A model generated the notes under the pieces. It had not been told where the DNA came from, did not search any database, and saw nothing but the letters and a program-made list of their open reading frames with translations. A DNA stretch of 64,000 nt from Camelus ferus (Eukaryota): NCBI RefSeq assembly GCF_009834535.1, contig NC_045697.1:56980001-57044000 (forward strand), in the 5' to 3' direction. Of the stretch, positions 1 through 46,857 are shown in pieces (the stretch's first letter is position 1; every line of letters starts with the position of its first letter). Made by a program: the position numbers and the translations under genes.

Positions 1-1491
1 TAAAAAGTACCATATTTATCTTCTGAACACTTCAAATGTATTTCCTAATATCTTGTATATATCAATTACTTAGAAAATGTGAACCTACTTTGCTTCTTCC
101 TAAGAACTGTCATCTCCCAGATTAACCTTGACCTTGACTGCAACAATTGTATCTAGTGGCAGGACACAGTGAACAGTTCAAACAAATACTCTTATTTTCT
201 CCTATATTCAGTTCTGGAATCTTGAGGAACTGAACTGAGCCATGTAGAAACTTGTAGACCATTGTTTTATCTTTCTTCCACTGAACTATTGAACAGAGCT
301 AGGTCTGCATAGCATACTTTTCAGAACTATATTCTGTGTCTATTTACTCTTCATCTCATCTCACCACATCAGCCACAGAGAACCCAAGATATAGACAACA
401 AAAATTCACTATCACTTTCTTTCTCCCCAAAAGTCTCCATGGTCCACTATGGATATTCCATCACATTAATTAAGTGATTTCTTTAATTAATCTTTAACTG
501 TTCCTAGAAATTCTCCTTCCTGGTAGGACTGGTGGTGAAGAAAATGGTAGGGGTCAGGGGGCAAGTTTTACCTGGTGTTTTAAGTGAGGAAGTCAAGTCT
601 AGGTTATGCGAAGAGTACTGATAAATTTTGAAAAATTTCTCCACTATTTTTTCTTCTAAATTTTTCCTCTTTCAGTAATAATATGAAACATAGGTTTCAG
701 TTAAGTATTTAATACCATATGTAATCAAAAGCTAGCAAAATAATTTTTAGTATCTTATGACTATACCACACTAAATAATTTAATCTGTGTATGCTTTTTG
801 TCTGTATGTTCTAATTACTAATTGGCTCTATATTTTCATTTACACAAAGATAAAACACATGCCATCAGTAAGTCAATAATAAAACATTTCACTTGACTAT
901 TGCTGACATATCACTTCTAAACTTCAATCTCTGAAAGCATGAGTGGTGCATTTAAGTTAAAATTTACACTGTTAGCCAATATCCTACAGAAGGAATTCTA
1001 ACTGTAATAAAAACGATGGCAATCAATACGTTCTTAGGTTAAAAGAATATAAGAGCAGGTTACCTGGCATATACACTTGATTAAATATGGTTTACCATAT
1101 ATTTTAGATAGTTTATATCCAATGTAATTTATATCATCACGCTGTTCCTTAATCTTTAGAAATTTAAAAACAAATCCTTTTGAAGAAAGAAAATAATCAA
1201 ACCTTTTAAATCTGTTTTATCTTAGGATTTAATGCAATCACTAATGACAATTTTCATGTAAAAGTTCTATAATATAAAGCTTTAGGAAATTTTTAAAATA
1301 TATATAATAGAGATCCATGGATTTCAAGCATTTTTTTACTATGATTCAGAATAAGGAATGAATATTAGTCTTGTAAAACACAAATGCATTTATACAATTT
1401 AAACTATTGAAATAAAAGTTCAAGAAACAATAGAAATTCTATCTGTTCACAATTTATCCTAATATGTTGCATCCAGTGCCCTGGCAATCCA

Positions 1492-1540
1492 TTTCTATTC
1501 TGTCCTATTTTATTCTGTCCTATTCTGTGTATTTTCTATT
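1492..1540. repeat. Degenerate CTATT/CTGTC pentamer tandem repeat
   Basis: ttctattctgtcctattttattctgtcctattctgtgtattttctattc. Confidence 0.6.
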
Positions 1541-3374
1541 CAGTTCCTGCATATTATGCTGAGAATAACACTACTCTATTTTTCAACTTACTAATGAGAC
1601 TAAACTACTAATAACCAGTAATTTAGAAAACATTATCTTATTAAAATAAATATATTTTAATTACATGAAGACATTACTTATTTAGGATATTATTACATAG
1701 TGATATGAACACTTCCAATCATCAAGGAAAGAACTCTAAGTCATGACTAGAATATGATAGGAGTTACACAAGTCAAGTTCAACATCTTAGGTAACTTAAG
1801 ATACTGGCGGATGCATTAGATCTACTACATAGTCATAATTCAGGTACGAACCAGCCGTCCAAGTTCAATATACTCAGCGTTATTCATACATGCTAAAATC
1901 CTTATGAAATACATGTCCTTTTTCCTTTATGAATTGTCTTTTTTTCTCCTGTTCTTCCAGCCTATTCCAACTCACCCTCAACAAGCACAGAGCATTTCAG
2001 AAAATGTATGTTTTGCTCTTTGAAAAGATGACTGAAACTAATCTAAAAGATTACAGAGCAGTTGATAACACTCTTTCACTATGGCACAGTGTTCAAAGAG
2101 CTCAACTTTTAAATTCCAAGTTTACTTCAGAAATAGATTTATAGTTTATCTTTATTGAAAATGTTAGAAGGACATGGTTTATGTCCTGAAAGTGTTTAGA
2201 GCTTCTAAATTCTGACTGACCATTGTGTATTCAGACAGTATTGACTCATCAAGCTCACAGACAGATCTATTTGCTTAGAATAATAGAGTTGGCTTTGCAT
2301 TGGCATTTCTATCATTAAAAGCATCATAATGTGTTATTGAAAATGATGTTTTACATGAATATTATTAAAATGGACAATTTGACAGCTAATACACGCTCAC
2401 AATAGGTACTCAATGACTACTGTCAAATATAAATGATTTTTCATAAGGTTTGTATTTTCTCCAATATCCATAGTTGGAAACTCAATTTAAACTGTAGAAG
2501 TCTCTTTTGTATTCATTTGCATCATATTTTGACAGCAGCTTTTCAATGAGTAATAAAGTTGCTATTTTTAAATACTTTTCAATAAATAATGTTAGCATAT
2601 ATTCCATAACAAATGGTTATATAAATAAAAACAAGTATTAGCAAATAACAAACAAAACATAAATTGTCTTTACCTGCATATATTCTAATTAAAAAATCAA
2701 ATGTCAGAGTTTGTGTCTTCCTCATTTGCCATGGTATAACTAAATTTTGTTTAGATATAATCCTAAATAGCTTTTAACTTATGATCACGATTTTTGACTT
2801 ATGGGTCATTTGTCCAAGAGAACTTACATACGTAAGTTGTCTTTTTGCAGTAAATTTAGAAATAATTGATTGCAATAGACCAGTTTATCATATTATCATT
2901 ACTCTTACTGACATTTTAGAAAGTAATGTTTTAAAAGTAAAATAACAATTCCTTTGACAATACTCTTCTTTTAATTTATTATTTATCAAGGGAATTTGCT
3001 TAAAATTGTATCTCAAAGTTAAGAATTAAATTTTCAATAGAGATTTTAAATAATAACAGAATTAATTTCAAGAGAAAATAATTATATTCTGATAATTGTG
3101 AACTAACTTTTTTATTATGTCAGTGCAAATTAAAGATATTTTGATTATCCTATCTAGGTAGAATTCTTTAATAATCTATTTATTCCTAATAGTAGTATAA
3201 GTAGAAGATACTAAAGTGATGTTTCTGCTATGATCAATATGCCCATAATTTTAAAAGTCAATAGTATGTATTATTTTGATAGAGAAAATAACCCACTTTC
3301 ACATGCCAATATTGAATGAATTTTAAATGAGATCAAAGTTCTTTAGTTTTAAATTAAGATATTTAAGATTTGTA

Positions 3375-3595
3375 TTGAAGAATAATTTGCAAAAGGTGCA
3401 TAAGTCATATGTCACTTTACCTAAATAAATGCCACAAACTGAATTGTTATCAGTCCCAGGTCAAAAAGCAGAAAATCACCACCCCTAAAGCTCCCGTCAT
3501 GCTTTCTTCCAGAATCATCCATCAGAGCTTGTCAGCACCCTGCCAAAGGTAACCACTATCTCCATTTCTGACACTAGATAATCAGTTTTATTCAT
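3375..3595 (-). mobile_element. Old L1 (L1ME-type) 3' end fragment
   Basis: caggtcaaaaagcagaaaatcacc...ccaaaggtaaccactatctc motifs typical of antisense L1M 3' UTR. Confidence 0.6.
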
Positions 3596-3684
3596 GTCCT
3601 AAGATCTAATCTGTCTTCCAATGGAAGCTTTTAAAATGTTTTTACACCTGTGTGGACAATCAAATGTTATTTGTCTTTGAATAG

Positions 3685-37848
<34,164 letters not shown>

Positions 37849-39130
37849 GAAAAAAATAAGTGATCTTATCTCATATACAGAAAAGTAGTATATGGACTCA
37901 CTAAATCAAACTTGATGAATGATGGTTGCCTATTGTGTTTCAGAAATTCACAAATAACAGAAATTTTTCTGAGTAAAAATATAAAATGGTAGTACCTAGC
38001 TAAATTTAGAGTAATAAACTTCAGACAAATGAAAAGTAGAAATTATAATATGACTAATGAAAAATAGCATCCAATATGTTTGCAAGGGATTGATCTTTAT
38101 GAAATCTTACTTCATTAAATATTTCATAATACAATTTGCTTAGGACAATTTAAAATACCTGAATTCTAAGGTAAATATTTTTAAAAGTTGTAAATCACTC
38201 AAATTCTATATATTATTTTGACAGCAATTAAACTTTTTTCTTATTGTTCAATATGTTACTGAGAAGTATCAAGTTATCTTATGCTAAGAGATCAATTTCT
38301 TATGAAAATTCTACCTATATTAAAAGTTAAATAGTTGTAATTAGCCATGTACCTTACTTATTCATAATATATACATTGTATATTATTCTGGAATTTTAAC
38401 AGTCATAAATGAATAAATCACATTTATATATGAATATATATATTGAAATATATATTTTTCAATGGATTATATGTGATGATAAAAAGAGAGTGCATTGGAA
38501 CTTTGAGATGTAAAGTGTAAAGATATTTTTGCTTTATTTTTACACTTTTAAATTCCTATGTCTTCTCCAAGGCTGTATGCATGTGTATATGAGTGTATAT
38601 GTGAATATGCATATATATTTTGACAAGGATATAACTGACAAAAATTAAATACATATTATATATTTAAAAGAAATTCTTAGTCTCTTCATATTTAAATTGG
38701 GGTTGTTTAGATTGGTTAATTTCTAGAGACTTTCCAATTCTCTGACATAAATCTCTCTCTCTAGATAGATAGATAGATATACATATATCAAAATATCCTC
38801 ATTAAAGTTCTTAGATATATACATATATGACATAATATCCTTGGTAAAAGTAGGTCTATATGCATTCTGTGAGAGTTTATGTGAACGACTATTTAAGAAA
38901 TAACAAAAGCACTCCTTTAAAAACGTTATTATCATTCCCAAATGTAAAATATTAAAATATCTCATGGGAAGACAACAAACTTTAATTCACTAATACCCAT
39001 TCAGTAAAATAGCATGGAATCATATTTGTCATAACATAATATGCCATCCTAAATATGCTTCATTATACTATATTCTCCCAAAGTGCCAGTATCCTCATCT
39101 TATAAATAAAATGCACTTACATTCTCGAAT
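37849..39130 (+). other. TECRL: TECRL 3' UTR (3' end uncertain, may extend to about 40.8 kb)
   Basis: AU-rich, repeat-free sequence after the stop; AATAAA at 38013, 38412, 39105, 39548, 40349 and 40768. Confidence 0.6.
39105..39110 (+). terminator. Candidate polyadenylation signal
   Basis: AATAAA followed about 30 nt later by GU-rich ttgtatgtgtatttt. Confidence 0.5.
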
Positions 39131-41311
39131 TCTAAAATTCTTGTATGTGTATTTTCAACAACTACGATTTTTATGAAAATTAAAGATTATGATGATTAGC
39201 ATTCACAAATCCACGTTTTCAATAGAGAAAGACAAATAGGCCTTATTTCTAATTTAAATGAGGTATGTATATACATGATATCATCATTAAAGTAATATGG
39301 GATTGGTCAAGAAGCAGTTTTGTAGTTTAAGGAACAAGTTAAATGTTATTATCAGCCATATAACTGGGAAACAGTACTAAGATACTGCCACTTAACATTC
39401 AAATTTTCCTACTCTATTCACTGATAAATTTGTTAAAGGAACTAAATGTCAGCTGTGGGCAAACAGTAGATAAGAGAAGAAAATGTAATAATGCAGCCTC
39501 TGCTTTTTAGATAGTTTACTTATTTAGAAGCCAACATAATTCATAACAATAAAATCATTAGTAGAATTAATTGAAATTAATTAAAAACACGTATGAAAAG
39601 AATACTAACATTTTCTGGTTTTGTTCTTTTATTCTTTGGGCTACATGAGATATAAAGGAATGGAATTACCACAACTTGTATTTTCCTGTTAAAAATTATC
39701 TTCCCTGGTTGTATTCAATATCCTGGTTCAAATGATCAGTCTCTTCTCAGGCCATTTCTCCATTATATCTTAGAATGCATTTGCTCTCCATTTTTTCACT
39801 CTATCACTTTTGTAGAGCATACTACTTATAAATTTAAAAAAACACCACAGAAAGTTTAAAAATAGAAAATATACCATTAATGGCTGGCATATAAAATATA
39901 CCATAAACATTTCTTTTGAGAAATGCATAGATCTGTGAATTAATGCCTGATGATATCTTCAAAGATTGGGTTACCTATCAGTTTACTTTGGGTTACTTGG
40001 TGTTTAGTAATTCTCTTCTACATATCTCTACATGAATTGGTTTAAGGAGTCTTCAGGAGGATGAAACTACTCAAAGTAGACTAGACCACAAGGAAAATGA
40101 ATTTTCACATAAATCTTCCCCTTATCAAAACAGAACTTACTATATCTTTACTAATGAAGTCCCCATTCCAGGGGATGGGAAATAATCATAAGCAGTAGAG
40201 GAAAAATATAATCACAGATCAAAGATCTTAGCTTCTACCTCCAAATCATTTAGTGTAACAGTTATGAGCCTGGCAGCCTACAGTTTTGCACATAATATAG
40301 TCAATAACATATTTAAATTTTGTGAACATAATTAAGCAGTCAAGATTTAATAAATTAACTTTAAAACTTTCTGACAGATACTAGAATTGTGATTACATAT
40401 GATATTAAAAAGAAGCATCACAGTTAATCTAATCATTGATGGCTAAATTTTAAATAATTGTCTGGAATATTACTTTTTCTATTCAAAAATAAAAATTGGA
40501 GACAGTGTTTTTAAAATACCACATCTCCGTCTTTTGCACATTTCTTATAAAAAGTAGCTGGAGAGGGAAATAAATCGAAAGAAAAACAAAAGAACAAAAG
40601 TTGAAACAGCTGCTACCTCACTCCATATTATTATAGCCTCTTACCTGTCTTCCCCACCCCTTCATCAATTGTAGCTCAAGCTGCTACTTTAAAGGTGTTT
40701 TTGGTTTGTTTGCACGTGGTTTGTTTGTTTGTTGGTTTGTTTTGTTTTTAATTTCTGGCTAAGTTTGAATAAAAATATACCCTTACGACACTTAGCGCAT
40801 TTTGTCTTTTAGCAAAAGTTTTGTGGAAACAAAACTTATTCTCAAATGGTTAAAATTAAACTTTTTTGGTGTTTTGTTCAAGTTTTCTGGCACCCTGAGA
40901 AATTTTTCAGGCCTCTAGCTGGTTGAAATAGGACTGAAGACTGCTTAGCACTTTTGTCAGTCTCTCTATAGATAAACAACCAGGTTTCTCTAGAAGTATC
41001 ACTTTCTGACTTCCCATAGAAAGTTGAAAGAAGTAAATTTCACTGTATCAGATGCTAGCCTTGAAAGAAAGAATGCACAGAAAAATGCCCACTGCTTCAG
41101 CCCAGAGGCCAGCATTATCTTTGAGATCCAATCAGAGTTTGATAACTTCTCACTTCCTCCACCACTACCATTTTCTCTCACCATCAACGCTCATCTAGCC
41201 CCTTACCTGGTCTCCAGCTTCTAGTATTGACATCTACTATCTAATCTCAACACAGTAGTTAGTGTGACTCTTTGAAAATGAAAATCATTGAACACCGACA
41301 CTCAAACAAGC

Positions 41312-41712
41312 ATATTCATAACAACCCATTATCCACTGATGAATGAATGGGTAAACAAAATATGGTGTATCTATACAATGGAATATTATTCATCCTTAAA
41401 AAGGGAGTTCTGAGACATCCTACAACATGTGTGAAAAAGACAAATCTAGTATTATTCCAATTATATGAGGGACCTAGAGCAGAAATTCTTAGAGACAGAA
41501 GGTAGAATAGGGGTTGCCAGGGGCTGGAGAAAGAAGGGGATGGGTAGTTGTTGTTTAATGGGTATAGAGTTTTGATTTGGGATGCTGAAAAAGTTCTGGA
41601 GATGGATGGTGGTGATGGTTGTACAACAATATGAGTATAATTAATGTCACTGAACTTGTACACTTAAAAATTGTTAATGTGGTCAATTTTATGTGTATTT
41701 ACCACAACTGAA
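41312..41712 (+). mobile_element. L1MB-type 3' end
   Basis: gatgaatgaatgggtaaacaaaatatggtg...aaagttctggagatggatggtggtgatggttgtacaac...ctgaacttgtacacttaaaa. Confidence 0.9.
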
Positions 41713-44143
41713 AATGACTATAATTCCATTAATAGTAAAAAAATGAAAAAAAACTTATTCACTAACTCATACACACAGGCAGCAATTTTAAGCAATATTT
41801 CTTAAAAGAGACAATAAAATTTGGTAGCATCAAATATTTTTCAAATAAATGAAACATATTCTTATTTTTAAATGTGCATGTTCAATCTTACTTCTCTATA
41901 AAAATGTTATGCTTAATATCAAAGGGTAATCAAATCACAAAATTCAACACTATAGTTGAATATCTTGTATATTGACCTTTAATCTTGTAATTAAATGTAT
42001 TTTCAAGATATTTAAGTTCAATTTTAAGTAACTGTCACTGAGCACATGTTACACTTTTGCAGTTGATATATTTCAGTTATAACATTTGTGCTCATAAAGT
42101 AAAATGACCTGTGAATCAATAATGAGGGTTCTTTCTATTTTTATTTAAAAAAAAAAAAGAAAAAAAAAACCCTTGTGGTTGCTCTTGGATATTAGAGGTG
42201 ATTATAGCAAATGTTACTTTATAAGTACAATTAAAAGCATTTATGCAGCTTTTGCATAATGATAATAATTAAAAAACATTTATTCTAAAGGCTGCTTAAA
42301 AGTTAATTTTCACCCAGGTGCATACTGAAGCCTATAATTAGCCTTCCTTTAGGGGAGGTTTGATCGTCAAGATGTAAAAAAGCATTTTGGAGGCAGAAGT
42401 TCCATTTTAAAAAGGGATTTTGATTTTTAACTGTAGTTAGATAACAGTGCTTAAAACATGTAAGAAAAAAAAGTTCAGGTATGTTTTAAAAAACAAATGT
42501 ATAATCATACCAGATTTATTTTCCTGAGACTATAGAAGACATATGTTTATATTTTTGGACTGTTTGAGAAATGATTGGTGCCCATAAAATTCTATTTTTT
42601 CCGTCAAATATAAAAAATGTTCACAACAATCACAAAGTATAATTTTATGTGTATCCCATCATTCTACTGACCTGGAAATCAATGTTATTTCTACAATAAA
42701 TTCTTTATAATTCATTCTTCTTCTATCAATGATTTCCTAATTGTTATCCATTCAACAAATAGGTTGTTTTCCAAGTTTTCTTGTCCTTCCTGGTAGAATC
42801 TCCAAGTAAAAGGAATTATTATACTTTGTCTAATCATCTATTGGCTAATTCAACAGAGAATATAATAGAATAAATAACCCCAATAAAGAAATCTTTCCTA
42901 TATTTACATTTACATTTACATTATCAATTAGTTTAACATTAAGAAGAAATTTATAAAAATAAAAAGTAAGTCATTTAGGAATTATTATTGTAAAATATCT
43001 TATATTGGCTAGGTTTGCTTACCTTAAGTTGTTAGATATGTGTTTTCTTGTCATTTTCTTATCAATAAAATATTTGAGGTAAGCAACCTGTAATATACTT
43101 TCACTATAAATTCTTACAGGAAATGGTTGTAGATTTAAATAATTGTCAATTCTTATTGCTTCTAATGTTATATAACATCCATGTTTGAATTACATTACCA
43201 ACATTTAGTTTTTATATTATACAATTTCTGTTAATCCATTAAAGATATTTACTGGTATCTGGTATCTAAAAAACAGGTCTGAGCTCTCCTGAATAAAGTA
43301 AACAAGGTTTTTATTTCTTGGAGTCTCATTTGAGATAGAAAATGAGAATATAACTAATAAATGAGTGGCAAAGTAATTTTAGACTGTGCTCATGCTATAA
43401 GAAAATCTGTGTGCTATGACAGAGTAAACAGTGATATGAGGGGCAGGATGAAGCAGATGGTGAGACTCTGAATTTGCTAACTGGATGAACTTTCAGCTGA
43501 CACTGTCAATTTATGCTATAGCTAGATAATGGAGTTATATTTAGCTTTTAAAATATATATTCTATGAATTTTAATTGGCATAATTAAATCCTAATATGAA
43601 AGATTAAATGAAATAGAATGCAAAAGTGATAAGCACTTATCCTGTAGATATTTAACAACACTAAAGCAAAAAACAAAACAGAAAACTACCAAAAATAAAA
43701 GCAAATTTACATATTAAATAATAATATAAAAGAAAGAAAAGTATCAAAAAATTCACAATTATAAGGTAAGAGGATTAAAAATAATTTTTTTCTGTCTGTT
43801 CTATGTTTTCCAGATTGTTTACCATGAACAAGTATAATCTACTAAATTTTTCTTTAAAACTTTATTGAAAGCAACAGATTCTTTATGGACTGGTTCCTGC
43901 ATTTTCTCTCTAGTGTAATCTTCAAAGATATTTTCTCATACTCCCTATGTTCAAATAATTACTAATCAACTTAATATGAATTGAATTTTTCATGATTTTA
44001 TACGGCTAAGTTTCTGTATGTGTTCTTCATATTATAATATGAACTCCCTTAAAGATATTCTTTTTCTGAAATGTTACTTTATATTAAAATTCACCTTGTA
44101 TATAAAAAGTTACTACAGGTTGGTTAGGTAAAAATTATGACTA

Positions 44144-44808
44144 TGATACAGGAAAAATGAACGTAGGGCCAAAGGATGGCCGTGTCACAGGTCTCGGTTG
44201 AGTCCCTGAGACACACCCTGCCAAGTGTGGCTTCTTGGCTTCATGTAGGAAAGAATTCAAGAGTGAGCCACATACAGTTGAGTAAAGATAGATTTACTCA
44301 GAGGGATACATACTCCATAGACAGAGGGCAGGCTGTCTCCGAAGGCAAGAGAAAGGCCACGAGGTGTGGGGGTTGGGTGCTTAGTATAAAGTAAATTTAG
44401 TTACACACTCCATAGACAGAGTGTGGACCATCTCACTCAGAAGAGAGAGCAGACATGAAGTGTGGGGATTGTTAGTTTTTATGGCCTGGGTAACTTTTTA
44501 CGCTAACAAGTGGGAAGATTATTCCAACTACTTTGGGGAAGGGGCTGGGATTCCCAGGAACTGGGTCACCATCACTTTTTGACCTTATATGGTCAGTCTT
44601 GGAACTGTCATGGTGCCTGTGGGGGTGCCAGTTAGCATGTTAGTATATTACAATGAGCATATAATGAAGCTCAAGGCCTACTGGAAGTCAAATCTCCCAC
44701 CATCATGGGCCTCAAGGCCTGTTGGGAGTTGAATTTTCCACCAGTTTGATGTTAATTGCTGTGTTATTTCTTGAATGACTCTGCCCTGCACCCTTCCTTC
44801 CTGTCTGA
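44144..44808 (-). mobile_element. ERV1-type solo LTR
   Basis: About 665-bp GC-richer block, tgataca...cctgtctga, with ttcttggcttca..ggaaagaattcaagagtgagcc and two internal tandem duplications. Confidence 0.75.
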
Positions 44809-45467
44809 GTAGGTAATCATCACCTGCAGTCTAGATTAGATGCAAAAAAACAATGTGGAATACTGTTTATACTAAATAGAGAACTACAGCACCTTCTCTC
44901 TTCTTGGCACCTCTTTTCTAGCTCCAACATCTATATTCTTACCTCCCTGATTATCTATCTATTCAATATACACCTACATTTATTACTTATTTCTATTTAT
45001 CTAATTACCATTTCTTTATTTAATAGAGTTATTCAGGGGTTTCAAATTTCACAAGAGCAATTATTTCCTCTTGGGGCTCTGCTTTCTCCATTGTCTCAAA
45101 ACACATAGTTGTACCTCCCTGCTTGGGTAAATTATGTCTTCTCACTCTTCCATTCCCCCCAAAGATCTAACATGATCATAACTTTCTTTATTGATAACTT
45201 ATTTTTCAAACAGTTAGAGAAAAACATATGTATATAATTTGTATATAATGAAGTAATCCTTTGTGAAAAATATTCCTCTATGATTTACAGATTTATATTT
45301 CACAAAGGAAAAAGCACTCCTATATATTAATAAATATTATAGCAAAATAAAAAAGAAACATGAAGGGTTAACATTTATTGACAAACAGGAACTACATATT
45401 TTCATTTAATATTCCCCAAGTCCTCACAGTATTACTGAAGACACCGAATTTTGAGAGAGAATACTGC

Positions 45468-45675
45468 AGTGGCTTATCAACATGAGTGCTTTTATTCCCC
45501 AGGAAGTATTTTACAATACTTGAGACATTTTTGATTGACAGGAGTCAGAAGTTACTACTGGCATGTAGAGAGTAGAAACCAGAGGTGCTGCTGAAGATCC
45601 TACAGGATACACCTGCTCCAACAACAACCCCACCAACAAGCATACAATAAAGTATTGTTGCCCCAAAAAGTAAAG
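45468..45675 (+). mobile_element. MER20 hAT-Charlie DNA transposon
   Basis: cagtgg...gagacatttttgattg...ctactggcatgtagagagtagaaaccagaggtgctgctgaagatcctaca. Confidence 0.8.
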
Positions 45676-45687
45676 ACTCCGATTCTT

Positions 45688-46196
45688 GTCATACTCGAAA
45701 GATAAGTTTACGGTTGGGAGATGGTACATTTGTAGTGAAAATTTTAAAAGATTTATTTGAAAAGAAAGGAAAAGTACTCCCCCCTCCAAGAATGGGAGGT
45801 GGGCTGACCCAAGGGAGGAAAAGTGGTGGTTTTTATCTCCCCTTTCTCTTATACCCTTGCTTAGAGGTGGTCTCTTGATTGATGGCTCCTTTCCCTGGAA
45901 TGCTTAGTTACATTCGGCCCCTCTGTGTATGTCCTTACCCAAGGTGTATACAGAAAAACCTGTGGGGCAGGTGCCTAAATCACAATGTTAATTATAATAC
46001 AATAAGCATTGGCGCTATCTGGTTAAGTCCTTTCTGCTACTGCACAGTCATGGCTGTGGAGTTTTAACCAGTTTCTTGCTGACACTCATTTAGAAATCAA
46101 GTCGCTTTAAGAGGCAGGCAAAATGCCATCTTCTGGACTACCTTCCCTCTCCTCCACCTATCTGCCCAGTGCCCCCACTTATCTAACTACCTAATA
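45688..46196 (-). mobile_element. ERV-type solo LTR
   Basis: About 510-bp GC-richer block with tttatt (minus-strand AATAAA) near 45753, ending ctaactacctaata. Confidence 0.6.
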
Positions 46197-46561
46197 CTAT
46201 CACCCATTTAAAAATAGTATTAGTGCTAACAGTAAGAATCAAAAATATATAGGATAGATGACTTGTCCACAGTCACACTGTCAGTAATTAGTAGAGCTGA
46301 AATCAACTTTTTTCACATCAAGTATATTAGTTAAATGTATCTCAAAATGTATTTGTTAAAAGCATGCCATGAATTGTTCTTTTCTTTATATTATTTTTTG
46401 TTTATTAACTTTCACATTATGTGACATTACTGAAACCACTCCTAGTTGATATATACATTTTTGTAACAAAATGGATAGAGTGCCACATCAAATGGTAATT
46501 TGGACATTTATTTAAAGATATTAAGTGGTTCTCCATTAATACCAGAATTAAGATCTGGCTA

Positions 46562-46857
46562 GTTGTTTTGTTGGTTTTTGTTTGTTTCTTTCTTTGATTT
46601 TCTTTTTGGTTTCTTTTCTCCAGTTTTATTGAGATATAATTGTCAAGTAACATTGTGTAAGGTTAAGATGTACAACACGGTGATTTCACATGTATATATA
46701 TGTCAAATATATATATATATATATATATATTGCAAAATGATTGCCACTAAAATGTTAGTTAATAAATCCATCACCTTGTATAATTTTTCTGTTTGCTTTT
46801 TTGTTTGCTGTGGTGAGGATATTTAAGATCTACTCTCAGCAATTTTCAAGTACATAA
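46562..46857 (-). mobile_element. L1MA9-like 3' end with T-rich tail
   Basis: cagttttattgagatataattg...aaatgattgccac...gtggtgaggatatttaagatctactctc..caattttcaagtaca. Confidence 0.85.

Noticed and set aside
2562..2571. MEF2-like CTATTTTTAA (also at 34383)
   Set aside because: Expected by chance in very AT-rich DNA, with no supporting motif cluster.
38440..38465. AT-rich near-palindrome attgaaatatatatttttcaat in the 3' UTR
   Set aside because: Weak, low-complexity stem.
41316..41663. 115-aa minus-strand ORF
   Set aside because: Antisense translation of an L1MB 3' UTR.
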